Part shown: one piece after another, positions 21,738-30,893 of the stretch | Layout: the number at the start of each line of letters is the position of its first letter | How positions within the stretch are numbered: position 1 is the stretch's first letter | NCBI GenBank assembly: GCA_030038295.1 | Contig: JASHPF010000058.1 | Coordinates: 2,799 to 66,798, forward strand | Direction: 5' to 3' | From: Streptosporangiaceae bacterium | Lineage (GTDB): Bacteria; Actinomycetota; Actinomycetes; Streptosporangiales; Streptosporangiaceae | DNA: 64,000 nt | The notes under the pieces: model-generated | What the model saw: only the letters and a program-made list of their open reading frames with translations | The model's database searches: none | What the model was told of the DNA's origin: nothing | Program-made: the position numbers and the translations under genes

Positions 21738-22784
21738 CTAGCCGGAGACGATCCGGTGCACCGCAGTGGCGAGGCGTTGCCGCGAGCGGCGGGCGAGACG
21801 ACGCGGGGGGCTCGTGAGCAACACCCGGTCACAGAGGAGCCGGAGACGCCACCCCGGGCCTGACCGGTCCCGGCGCCGGTACACGATAAAAGAACCGAAG
21901 CGGCCGCGCGGGGCGAAACCCGCGCGGTGCATCACGGCCCGCAGCTTCAGGTCATCCTCATACAGGTGCCAGGCGCTCTCGGGCGTCGGCGGCCGGACAT
22001 CGAAATTCGTGACCAGCCAGCCGCCGGGCCGCAGGGCCCCGTGCAGGCTGGCGGCGACCTCGGCCAGATCAGGGACGTGGGTCAGCGCATCCAGTGCGGT
22101 GATGACGTCGTACCGGCCGACCTCGAGCCTGTCCTCGTTGAGGTCGATGTACCTGGCCGCCACGCCGCGCCGCGACAGGCGATAGCGGGCGAAGTCCAGC
22201 AGCGTCGTGGAGACGTCGGCCAGGGCCACCTGATAGCCGGCCCGGGCGAATAGCTGACTGGTGAATCCGGCCCCCGAGCCGAAGTCGAGATGATCCCGGC
22301 CGGACCCGCTCGCCGGGATAGCCCGCAGCGCGAGGACGCTCGGGGCTGGGACATAGCCCTCTGCCTGCAGGTAGGCGTACCACATCAGATCGAACGCCCA
22401 CGACTGCGTGGTCAGGTAGAACTCTCTCAGCCCGGTCGGGCTGGACCGGTCGGCCGCCTGCCACTCTGCCACGCTCCACGATTCCCAGGTCAGGCACCGG
22501 TGCACGCATTCCTCTGGGGTCAGCCCCGAGTAACTCGACAGGTCGTCAACGATCGCGTCGCGCACGCCGAGCACGCCGGGCAGGAGAAGGCTGGCACGGA
22601 ACCACCCCATCTCGGCGCTGTCGAGCGCCTCCCGCTGCACCCTCGGCAGGTGCTCGCGCAGCGGCGCCGCGGCCGCGGGATCGAGCGGATCGGGGTGTGC
22701 TCCCTGGCTGGCTATGGGGGGAGCCGGCAGCAGTCGGCCGCCGATTCTCCGCGCCCACGACGGGATGTGCAGTGCGTGGGTCAC
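21738..22784 (-). CDS. SAM-dependent methyltransferase with N-terminal extension
   Basis: 348 aa. Core HLDFGSGAGFTSQLFARAGYQVALADVS .. YDVITALDALTHV .. LRPGGWLV, after roughly 150 aa of unassigned N-terminal sequence. Confidence 0.72.
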   Translation of the reverse strand: MTHALHIPSWARRIGGRLLPAPPIASQGAHPDPLDPAAAAPLREHLPRVQREALDSAEMGWFRASLLLPGVLGVRDAIVDDLSSYSGLTPEECVHRCLTWESWSVAEWQAADRSSPTGLREFYLTTQSWAFDLMWYAYLQAEGYVPAPSVLALRAIPASGSGRDHLDFGSGAGFTSQLFARAGYQVALADVSTTLLDFARYRLSRRGVAARYIDLNEDRLEVGRYDVITALDALTHVPDLAEVAASLHGALRPGGWLVTNFDVRPPTPESAWHLYEDDLKLRAVMHRAGFAPRGRFGSFIVYRRRDRSGPGWRLRLLCDRVLLTSPPRRLARRSRQRLATAVHRIVSG

Positions 22785-22808
22785 TCATCCACCTTGACCA
22801 TGCGTGAC

Positions 22809-24344
22809 CTACCGTCGGGCCGATGTGTGTCGCGGCCGGTGCCTGCCGTCATCGATGCCGATCCGGTGCCGATGAGCCACCCGGGCGGCGTCACGGCCTG
22901 GAATGTCTTCGCCCTGCGTCACCAGACGTGCCGATGACGGCTCAAACTCAGCGAAGCGGAATGGGATGGGGGCGGTGTTGCCGCTGGCCGCGAGGCTCAG
23001 CAACAGGGCGAGACCAGCCGCCTGCACGTCAGCGAAGTCGCGATCAGGTTCCGGCCCCGGTCCGGGCAGGAGCGCGTGGTCAAGCATCCGAGCGCTGCCT
23101 TCTGGTCTCCGGTGGCGGGCCGCAGCCGGCCGCCGGCGGAGCAACGAGATGACACAAGGGAGTCCGCTCGCCGCCGTACCTACCGGCCACGCCGCGGCCA
23201 CCGCCGGCAGGCCATGACCGGCAAACAGCCAAGCGAAGCCGCAGATCGCGACCGCGAACAGCACGCTGCTCCAGACAATGACCTTGAGCCGCCCCAGCAG
23301 GCGAAGCACCGTCTCCATCAAGCCCACCGCTGCGATCGGTATCCCCGCCGCGACCAGCACAATCAGCGTCGACGTTCCGTGCTCGCTGTAGCGTGCGCCG
23401 AAGACGAGCAGCACCCAGTGACCGCAGAGTATGACCACCACGATGACCGGCAGGGCCACCATCAGCATCAGCCGCGTGCTGCGCTTCACCAGAGTCCTGA
23501 GATCCACATCCCGACGTGATCCTTCGGCAAGCGTCGTCGCCTGAATTGCGTACGAAGCTGAATACGTAAGAGCCGCCACCTGCGATGAAATGTAGTAATA
23601 GGCAGCCGCTGCCGCGCCGAGCCGATCGAGGACCATTATCGGCAGGACGCACTGCGGGATAATAGAGAGAAACTCGGTCGCATAACTTGCAGACGAGAAT
23701 CGCACCAGTGGCCTGAGCGCGGCCAGCGAATCCCGGAACTCTGGACGCCAGCCAAGACGAGCGTAGATCAAGATCACACTGGCCAGCGCCGCGGCGGCGA
23801 GGCCGACCGTGGACGCAGCGTACAGGCCGAACGCCCCGAACCCGGCGAGCGCAACGACGGCGGCTATCTTGGTTGTCCCGGCGACTGCGCCATCCGTAAG
23901 CGGGATGAAGGCAGCCTTATGCGAGCCGATGAAAATAGAATCAGTCAGGAGATTTATGCTGGCGGCCGCCGTGAACAGGATGAATCCGATCGCCAGCGGT
24001 AGTCGCTGCTCAATGAATGCGAGCCGCGGAGCAATGGTGGGGGCGGCAAGGACATACACGGCAGCCAGCACTACCGCACATATCGTGACCAGGGACAGGC
24101 CGCCGGTAATCAGCGTGCGTCGGTTTCTCGCGGTCGGCAAATAACGAATGAATGAGTTGTTCAGCCCCAGCAGGGCAAGCATGGAAATAAATAGTGACGC
24201 GGATATGAGCGAGCTCGCTCGGCCAGTTTGGTCAGGGGCAAACAATCGGGCCGCGACTATCCAGAAGACAAAGCCGATAACCGCCTGCAGTCCCGAAGTG
24301 ACCACGAGGTACAGCGAGCCGCGCAGCATGGAGTCGGTGTGCAT
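22809..24344 (-). CDS. Polysaccharide biosynthesis/oligosaccharide flippase family membrane protein (Wzx-like, MOP superfamily)
   Basis: ORF-track ORF (to 24527) trimmed to ATG 24344 (MHTDSMLRGSLYLVV). About 12 hydrophobic segments with a flippase-like layout, then a hydrophilic C-terminal tail of roughly 110 aa. Locally lower GC. Confidence 0.7.
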   Translation of the reverse strand: MHTDSMLRGSLYLVVTSGLQAVIGFVFWIVAARLFAPDQTGRASSLISASLFISMLALLGLNNSFIRYLPTARNRRTLITGGLSLVTICAVVLAAVYVLAAPTIAPRLAFIEQRLPLAIGFILFTAAASINLLTDSIFIGSHKAAFIPLTDGAVAGTTKIAAVVALAGFGAFGLYAASTVGLAAAALASVILIYARLGWRPEFRDSLAALRPLVRFSSASYATEFLSIIPQCVLPIMVLDRLGAAAAAYYYISSQVAALTYSASYAIQATTLAEGSRRDVDLRTLVKRSTRLMLMVALPVIVVVILCGHWVLLVFGARYSEHGTSTLIVLVAAGIPIAAVGLMETVLRLLGRLKVIVWSSVLFAVAICGFAWLFAGHGLPAVAAAWPVGTAASGLPCVISLLRRRPAAARHRRPEGSARMLDHALLPGPGPEPDRDFADVQAAGLALLLSLAASGNTAPIPFRFAEFEPSSARLVTQGEDIPGRDAARVAHRHRIGIDDGRHRPRHTSARR

Positions 24345-24460
24345 TCCTCGCCGGCCCGCCCGGAGCGCGGTCCGATGCGCGCGCTGGCCGGCGGCCGGCA
24401 CTGGCCGCCCGTCCGAGTAATCCTCAGCAACCGGCGCTCTACTCACTCGTATCGCCAGGC

Positions 24461-25585
24461 CTACCGGACAGCGGGTCCTCGTACCCAGCTGTATAGACGC
24501 TCGAAATCGTCGCTGACAGATTCCCACCGGTACTGTTCGGCGAGCTTTCTCGCCGCTCTGCTCATGCGCTGGTATCTGTCCGGGTCCGCGATGATCTCGA
24601 GCAAGGCGCCCCTGAGCGCGGCCGGATCGCCGGGGGGGACCAGCAGGCCATTCTCGCCGTGGAGGACTACTTCGCGATTGCCAGAGATGTCTGTTGCCAC
24701 GACAGGCAGCCCCATCGCCAGTGCCTCAAGCAGGACCAGCGACATGCCTTCGTGTTGTGAGGGCAGTACCAGAACGTCCGCTGTGCGATAGGCAGTGAGC
24801 AGCTCCTGCCCCGCTGCTCGCCCATAGAACCGGATATTCCGCAGCCCCAGCTTCGCGCTCTCGTGCTTGAGGTCCGCCTCGAGATTGCCGTCGCCCACCA
24901 GCGTCGTCTCGAAGCGCTCGGAGATCCCCGCCAGCGCCTGAAGGAGCGCGGACACGTTCTTCTCTACCGCTAGGCGACCCACGTACAGCAGCCGGGGCCG
25001 AGCGGGCAGGACGCGCTCGTCGTCGTTGAAGAAGGAACCTTCGACACCATTCCGCATGGCGAAAATCCGGCCGACATCGACACCGTACGCCGACGCGACA
25101 GCCTGTCGTTGCTCCTCCGTGAACACCACGACGGCGGCCGCAGCTCGCAGGACACGGCGCAGGACGACCGGCATCCAGACACGCCGGAGCACAGGGCCGG
25201 CCCAATGCCTGGATGTGCTGATGTCGAAGTGCAGATGGGCGATGTATCGCGTGCGACGGAGCACATGCGCCGCGTACACGGTTTCGGGCACGAGTGCGGA
25301 GTTGACGTGCAGGTGAATCACGCTGCCGCGGGGCAGCCGCAAAATTGCGCCAGGCAGGCCAGGAATTATCTTGGTATTAGCGAATTGCAGCGCCCGAAGC
25401 CGCCGAACAAGGCCGGTTTCTGCCGGGTCTACTGCCCCCTCGGTATTGCGGGATGTGAGCACCACAGTACTCGCTGGATTACGCCGCTTAGTGGCGAGTG
25501 ACTGAGCGACTTTCTCGGCACCGCCGACAATAGGCGGATAACGAGCGATCACATGAACGACCCGGACGCCCCGCGTTTCTAGCAT
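24461..25585 (-). CDS. Glycosyltransferase family 4 (GT-B, retaining type)
   Basis: 374 aa. N-terminal VVHVIARYPPIVGGAEKV. C-terminal EGMSLVLLEALAMGLPVVATD .. GENGLLV pattern. Confidence 0.82.
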   Translation of the reverse strand: MLETRGVRVVHVIARYPPIVGGAEKVAQSLATKRRNPASTVVLTSRNTEGAVDPAETGLVRRLRALQFANTKIIPGLPGAILRLPRGSVIHLHVNSALVPETVYAAHVLRRTRYIAHLHFDISTSRHWAGPVLRRVWMPVVLRRVLRAAAAVVVFTEEQRQAVASAYGVDVGRIFAMRNGVEGSFFNDDERVLPARPRLLYVGRLAVEKNVSALLQALAGISERFETTLVGDGNLEADLKHESAKLGLRNIRFYGRAAGQELLTAYRTADVLVLPSQHEGMSLVLLEALAMGLPVVATDISGNREVVLHGENGLLVPPGDPAALRGALLEIIADPDRYQRMSRAARKLAEQYRWESVSDDFERLYSWVRGPAVR

Positions 25586-25802
25586 ATCTCGGTCGGAATT
25601 GCGCTCGCGCCGGCAGCCACCGCTTACACCTCCAAGTCAGCTGCGGGATTGCAAGATCCGATGATTACCCGGTCCCCGTCAGCATTGTTATTGCTGGCCT
25701 CCTGAGCATGCCATATCGCCGATGACGCCGCTGATAGTTGGCGTAAGAGCCGGCTGGCCGTGGCTGTGGGCCAGCCGCAGGCCGCGGTCGTGTTGGACCG
25801 GC

Positions 25803-26939
25803 CTAGCTGACTGCCGCGCGGCGGAGTGCACCGGCGACTCGGCGCTGCTGTGCCACCGTAATCTGCGGGTACAGGGGCAGGGACAGCAGCTGCCCAGCTG
25901 CGGCTTCGGCGGTCGGAAAGTCACCAGGCGCGAAGCCGAACTTCCGGAACGCCGGCTGGAGGTGTACCGGGACCGGGTAGTGAACCCCGGCCTGGATCCC
26001 TTCTTCATGGAGAAACCGCAGGACGTGGTCGCGACGCGGCACCCTGATCACGTACAGGTGCCAGACGTGCTCGTTGCCCGGCGCCGTCGTGGGGAGGATC
26101 ACCTCGGGGAGATCGGCGAGCAGCTCACGGTAGCGCTCCGCAGCCTGCCGCCGCGCTGCGTTGCCGGCCGCCAGCCTGGCCAGCTTGGCCCGCAGCACGA
26201 CCGCCTGGACCGCGTCCAGGCGTGAGTTGAAGCCGATAGCGACGTGCTCATAGTGGCGCTCGGAGCCGTGGTCGGCCAGCAGCCGCACCCGGTGGGCGTG
26301 CTCCGCCGAATCGGTCAGCACCGCACCCGCGTCGCCGTACGCGCCGAGATTCTTGCTGGGATAGAAGCTCACGCCGGCCAGCAGGCCGAATTTGCCGGCT
26401 GACTTGCCGTCCTGGCTGGCACCGTGCGCCTGCGCTGCGTCCTCGACAACCACAGCTCCGTGCGTTGCAGCGACCTTGGTGATGGGTGCCATCGGCGCGA
26501 GCTGACCGAATAGGTGCACCGGCAGCACCGCCGAGGTGTTCTCGGCCAGCGTCGATGCGACGCTCGCCGGATCCAGGAGCAGGTAGTCGGGGTCGACGTC
26601 CGCGAACGCGGGCCGCAGGCCTGCTCGCACCACGGCCTCCGCGGTCGCCACGAAGGTGTTGGCTGGCATGATCACCTCGCTGCCTCCGGGCAGCTCGGCC
26701 GCCCGCAGCGCGAGCTCGATCGCGTCGGTGCCGTTAGCGACGCCGACACAGTGCGTCACACCGCTGAACGCTGCGTAGTCCTGCTCGAAGGCAGCCGTCA
26801 CATCGCCCTTGATGAAGGCGGCGCGGGCGATGACGTCATCGAGGCCGGCCTGGATCTCCGCTGCCACCTCGGCGTGAGCCGCCCGAAGATCAACGAGCGG
26901 TATCGCCGTGATACTCTGCCCGCGAATGTTCACATTCAC
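25803..26939 (-). CDS. DegT/DnrJ/EryC1/StrS-family PLP-dependent sugar aminotransferase (WbpE-like)
   Basis: 378 aa. Family blocks FEQDYAAFSG, EDAAQAHGA and SFYPSKNLGAYGDAG (PLP lysine context). Confidence 0.85.
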   Translation of the reverse strand: MNVNIRGQSITAIPLVDLRAAHAEVAAEIQAGLDDVIARAAFIKGDVTAAFEQDYAAFSGVTHCVGVANGTDAIELALRAAELPGGSEVIMPANTFVATAEAVVRAGLRPAFADVDPDYLLLDPASVASTLAENTSAVLPVHLFGQLAPMAPITKVAATHGAVVVEDAAQAHGASQDGKSAGKFGLLAGVSFYPSKNLGAYGDAGAVLTDSAEHAHRVRLLADHGSERHYEHVAIGFNSRLDAVQAVVLRAKLARLAAGNAARRQAAERYRELLADLPEVILPTTAPGNEHVWHLYVIRVPRRDHVLRFLHEEGIQAGVHYPVPVHLQPAFRKFGFAPGDFPTAEAAAGQLLSLPLYPQITVAQQRRVAGALRRAAVS

Positions 26940-27065
26940 TCCTCGTGGCGTGTTCGCGGTGGCCCATGCGAGCTACCGGCGGCTCGCAGATCTTATAGCC
27001 GGGCTGGCGGCAGCCTGGCACCCCGGCTGCCGGTCACGTCGGCTCCGTGGCGGAGGGACGTGCAC

Positions 27066-27713
27066 GTGACGCAGGACGACCCTGCTGCTGCGAAGGGGCC
27101 AGAACTAGCAGGTGAAAGGCCCGGGGTGCGGCTGCAGGCCTCGGCCGACGTCGATCAGCGGGCCGAGATCGGGGCCGGGACGACCGTCTGGCACCTCGCC
27201 CAGGTCCGCGAGAACGCTCGGGTCGGACGGTGCTGCATCATCGGACGCGGCGCCTACGTCGGACCTGGCGTCGTGCTGGGCGACAAGGTCAAGGTGCAGA
27301 ATTACGCGCTGATCTACGAGCCGGCGCGGCTCGAGGATGGCGTCTTCGTCGGCCCGGCTGCGGTGCTCACGAACGACCGGTACCCGCGCTCCGTGGGTGT
27401 CGACGGCCAGTTGAAGCGAGCCGACGACTGGGATCCGCTGGGTGTCATCGTGCGGGCGGGAGCCTCGATCGGGGCCGGCGCCGTCGTCGTGGCGGGAGTG
27501 GAGATCGGCCGCTGGGCTCTCGTCGCGGCGAGCGCGGTCGTGACGCGGGACGTATTTCCCTTCGCCCTCGTGGCGGGCGCGCCGGCCAGGCGAATCGGCT
27601 GGGTCGGCCGGGCCGGTGTCAGGCTGGCGCAGGCCGGCGAGGGGCAGTGGCGGTGCCCGCAGACGGGCGAGCTGTACACCGAGTCCGCCGGCGCGCTGGA
27701 GCCTCGAGCCTAG
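27066..27713 (+). CDS. Left-handed beta-helix sugar N-acetyltransferase (WbpD/WlbB-like)
   Basis: Hexapeptide repeats IGAGTTVWHLAQVRENARVGRCCIIGRGAYVGPGVVLGDKVKVQN and IGAGAVVVAGVEIGRWALVAASAVV. The first ~550 nt of ORF-track ORF 26514.. lie antisense to the aminotransferase, so it was trimmed to GTG 27066 (or 27060) downstream of GGAGGG. Confidence 0.78.
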   Translation: MTQDDPAAAKGPELAGERPGVRLQASADVDQRAEIGAGTTVWHLAQVRENARVGRCCIIGRGAYVGPGVVLGDKVKVQNYALIYEPARLEDGVFVGPAAVLTNDRYPRSVGVDGQLKRADDWDPLGVIVRAGASIGAGAVVVAGVEIGRWALVAASAVVTRDVFPFALVAGAPARRIGWVGRAGVRLAQAGEGQWRCPQTGELYTESAGALEPRA

Positions 27714-27875
27714 GCCGAACCGTCGGCCGGGCCTGGCCAGCGCGGTTCACCAGCGACATCTGGTTCGGCACATCGACGGCGCCCGGCTGACCTGGCCACG
27801 GGTTACCTGCGCGGACATGCCCTTCGGGCTGGCTGGTCTCGCGTAGAGTTGCCGACCGGGACAGGGGTGGAGGGC

Positions 27876-29015
27876 ATGACAGGTGATCAGGCAACCAGTC
27901 GGCAAGGCCAGCCGATCGGCGTTGCCGTCGTGGGAGCGGGGTACTGGGGGCCGAATCTGGTCCGCAACTTCGCCACCTCGCCCGAATACCGGCTGACCTG
28001 GCTGTGCGACCTGGACGAGTCCCGCGCGGTGCGGGCGCTCGGGCCGTACTCGACCGTCGGCGTCACTGACGATCTGGCGACCGTGCTGGCCGACGAGCGA
28101 GTCGATGCCGTCGCGGTCGCGACGCCGGCTGCCACCCATCTCGATATTGCCCTGGCGGCCATGCGGGCCGGCAAGCACGTGCTCGTCGAGAAGCCGCTGG
28201 CGGCAACGTATGCCGACGGGCTGCGCCTGGTGCACGAAGCCGAGCGGGCGGGCCTGATCCTGATGTGCGACCACACCTTCTGCTACACCCCGGCGGTGCA
28301 GAAGATGCGCGCGATGGTGCACTCCGGCGAGCTTGGCGACCTGCACTTCTTCGACTCAGTCCGGATCAACCTCGGCCTCGTTCAGGCCGACACCGATGTG
28401 CTGTGGGACCTGGCGCCGCACGACATTTCTATTCTGGAGGCAGTCCTGCCGCCTGGCGTCGAGGCGCAGTCGGTCGCGGCGCACGCCGCCGACCCGATCG
28501 GGGCCGGTCGGCCCTGCGTCGCATTCGTGACCCTGCAGCTGACCAGCGGAGCGATAGCTCACTTCCACGTGAACTGGCTCTCGCCGACCAAGGTGCGCAC
28601 GACCATGATCGGCGGGTCCAAGCGAGCGCTGCTGTGGGACGACCTGAATCCACAGCAGCGGGTGACGGTCTTTGACCGTGGCGTCGACCTGATACCAGCG
28701 GAGGAGGTCGGAGAGCAGGACCGCGAGACGGCGCTCATCTCCTACCGCACCGGCGACCTCACTTCTCCGGCGCTCGCCAACCGCGAAGCGCTGGCGGGTG
28801 TCGTCCAGGAATTCGCCGACAGCATACGCACCGGCCGACCGCCGCTGACCGACGGCCGATCTGGGCTGCGTGTCCTGGCCATCCTCGAGGCCGCGTCGCA
28901 GAGCATCGCGCTCGACGGCATCCCGATGCCGCTGCGCGGCAGCCAAGTCGACCTCGACCCGCACGAGCAGAGTGACCTGGAGTTGCAGCCGCATAGGGCG
29001 CTTGCTGACAGATGA
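27876..29015 (+). CDS. Gfo/Idh/MocA-family NAD-dependent sugar oxidoreductase (WbpB-like)
   Basis: Rossmann start IGVAVVGAGYWGPNLVRNF. HVLVEKPLAAT motif. ATG 27876 is preceded by GGTGGAGGG. Confidence 0.82.
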   Translation: MTGDQATSRQGQPIGVAVVGAGYWGPNLVRNFATSPEYRLTWLCDLDESRAVRALGPYSTVGVTDDLATVLADERVDAVAVATPAATHLDIALAAMRAGKHVLVEKPLAATYADGLRLVHEAERAGLILMCDHTFCYTPAVQKMRAMVHSGELGDLHFFDSVRINLGLVQADTDVLWDLAPHDISILEAVLPPGVEAQSVAAHAADPIGAGRPCVAFVTLQLTSGAIAHFHVNWLSPTKVRTTMIGGSKRALLWDDLNPQQRVTVFDRGVDLIPAEEVGEQDRETALISYRTGDLTSPALANREALAGVVQEFADSIRTGRPPLTDGRSGLRVLAILEAASQSIALDGIPMPLRGSQVDLDPHEQSDLELQPHRALADR

Positions 29016-30070
29016 GCCGGGTCAGTGTCGTCATCCCGTGCTACAACTACGGCCGGTTCCTCGGCGAGTGCGTGCAGAGCGTGCTCGGCGATCAGCCGGA
29101 CAGCGACGTACGGGTGCTGATCATCGACGACGCGTCACCGGACGGCAGCGCCGAGGTCGCGCGGCAACTGGCAGCCGCGGACCACCGGATCGAGGTCATC
29201 GCGCACCCGGCGAACCGGGGCCACATTGCCACCTTCAACGAAGGGGTAATGGACTGGGCGGACGGCGACTACTGCGTCCTGTTGTCGGCCGATGACAAGC
29301 TCGCTCCCGGTGCGCTGCGCCGCGCGACCACGTTTCTCGACGAGCATCAGGACGTGGGCTTCGCCTACGGCCACGTGCTGATCTTCCAGCAGAACAGGCC
29401 GCTTCCGGCGGCCCGTACGACGCTGCGCGGCACGACCATCTGGCCTGGACGCTCGTGGCTCAGGCACATGTTCAGGGCTGGTGACAACCCGATCGCCGCC
29501 GCTGAGGTTGTCGTCAGGACCTCGCTCCAGCACTACGTCGGCCCATACGACTCGAGGCTGCCGCACACCTCCGACCTGGGGATGTGGTTGCGCCTGGCGA
29601 TGCACGCCGACGTCGGTTTCATCCGGGCCGACCAGGCCTATTACCGGCGGCACACCAGCAACATGTCCAGCGACTACGCGGCCCCGATTGAGGGGCTCCG
29701 GGAACGACGACGGGCGTACGACCTGCTGCTCGAGAGCGCCGACGCCGACCTGCCTGACGCCGACGGGCTGGCTGACCTCGTGCACCGCCGATTCGCCCAG
29801 GAGGCTCTGCGGGCGGCCAACCGTGCATATGACCATCGAGGGACCGACCCGGCGGCTATCCGGGAACTCGAAGCCTTCGCGTTCGACTGCTGGCCCGCAG
29901 CGGCCAGCCTTCCCGCACACGTTGCCCTGCGGTGGCGCCGCCGGCTTGGACCAGACTTGATGCCCTATCTCCGGCCCTTCATCGGGTCCGGCCTCCGGCA
30001 CGGTTTCCTGGAGCGGTGGCGCTGGCGTTCGGTGCGACACCACGGAATCTGGCCGCGACTCATGCCCTAG
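29012..30070 (+). CDS. Glycosyltransferase family 2
   Basis: 352 aa. VSVVIPCYNYGRFLGECVQSV, VLIIDDASPDGS and LLSADDKL. The ATG overlaps the upstream stop. Confidence 0.82.
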   Translation: MSRVSVVIPCYNYGRFLGECVQSVLGDQPDSDVRVLIIDDASPDGSAEVARQLAAADHRIEVIAHPANRGHIATFNEGVMDWADGDYCVLLSADDKLAPGALRRATTFLDEHQDVGFAYGHVLIFQQNRPLPAARTTLRGTTIWPGRSWLRHMFRAGDNPIAAAEVVVRTSLQHYVGPYDSRLPHTSDLGMWLRLAMHADVGFIRADQAYYRRHTSNMSSDYAAPIEGLRERRRAYDLLLESADADLPDADGLADLVHRRFAQEALRAANRAYDHRGTDPAAIRELEAFAFDCWPAAASLPAHVALRWRRRLGPDLMPYLRPFIGSGLRHGFLERWRWRSVRHHGIWPRLMP

Positions 30071-30072
30071 CC

Positions 30073-30891
30073 CTAGTACCACTCTTGCCATCCGTCGTAG
30101 GCGCCCGCCAGCGCCGCGCGGAACAAGGGCGTTCGGTCGACTCTCGAGATGAAGGTGCGCGCGACGGTCCCAGCCGGACGGCGATCGACGCACTGCGCAT
30201 AGACAGTGGTGTAGCCAGCTTCGGAGGCAGCCGCGCTCAAGGCTGACGACCAATTGCGAGACTGCCCATAAGGGATCGCGAACTCAGCGGTCTCGACACC
30301 CAGCACCGCGCGCAGCCGCTCCCGAGATGTCTCGAGCTGGCGCCGAGCCTCGCCGGCGACGAGCGTGGTGAAGTCGGGATGACTGACCGAATGGCTCGCC
30401 AGGGTGATCCCGGCGGACTGCAGCAAGCTCAGGCCACGCCAGTCGAGCAGCAGCGGCCGGAGAGAATCCGGGACGTGGCCGTCGGCCCACCCGGTGACCA
30501 CAAAGGCGGTGGCGGGTATGCCGTGGTGGCGCAGCACCGGCAGCGCATTGGCCAGCACGCTGGTGAGTCCGTCGTCAAAGGTCAGCGCCAGCTGCGCCTG
30601 GTGGGGATTGGCGATGACCTCCGCTGGGGTCGCAAAGCTCCACCCGTCATCGACAGCGATCTGCAGGTGACGCTCGAAGTGGGCGGGGCTCACGTCGTTG
30701 ACGCCCCACTGGGGCGTTCCGACCGAGTGATAGGCGAGTATCCGGCCTCGGCGGGTGGCGCCAGCCTCCGGGGCGGTCTGGTACCGGGCGGCGATGAACC
30801 AGCGCTCCGCGGACAACCGGCCGGCGGCCGCGCTCTGTCGCGCGAGCCGCGCGGGCCGCGAAGCGCCGACAGCCCGGCGGACAGCGCCCAT
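30073..30891 (-). CDS. Polysaccharide deacetylase (NodB/CE4 family), apparently cytoplasmic
   Basis: CE4 motifs LTFDDG, ASHSVSHPD and AIPYG. Trimmed to ATG 30891, 2 nt after the upstream DegT stop. No hydrophobic signal or TM segment visible at the N-terminus. Confidence 0.78.
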   Translation of the reverse strand: MGAVRRAVGASRPARLARQSAAAGRLSAERWFIAARYQTAPEAGATRRGRILAYHSVGTPQWGVNDVSPAHFERHLQIAVDDGWSFATPAEVIANPHQAQLALTFDDGLTSVLANALPVLRHHGIPATAFVVTGWADGHVPDSLRPLLLDWRGLSLLQSAGITLASHSVSHPDFTTLVAGEARRQLETSRERLRAVLGVETAEFAIPYGQSRNWSSALSAAASEAGYTTVYAQCVDRRPAGTVARTFISRVDRTPLFRAALAGAYDGWQEWY

Positions 30892-30893
30892 GG

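Noticed and set aside
22809-23140. Hydrophilic tail of about 110 aa on the flippase ORF as a possible separate small gene (internal MLDHALLPG...)
   Set aside because: It is in frame and continuous with the membrane domain. It has no independent ribosome-binding site that I could see and no recognisable motif. I kept it as part of the flippase CDS.
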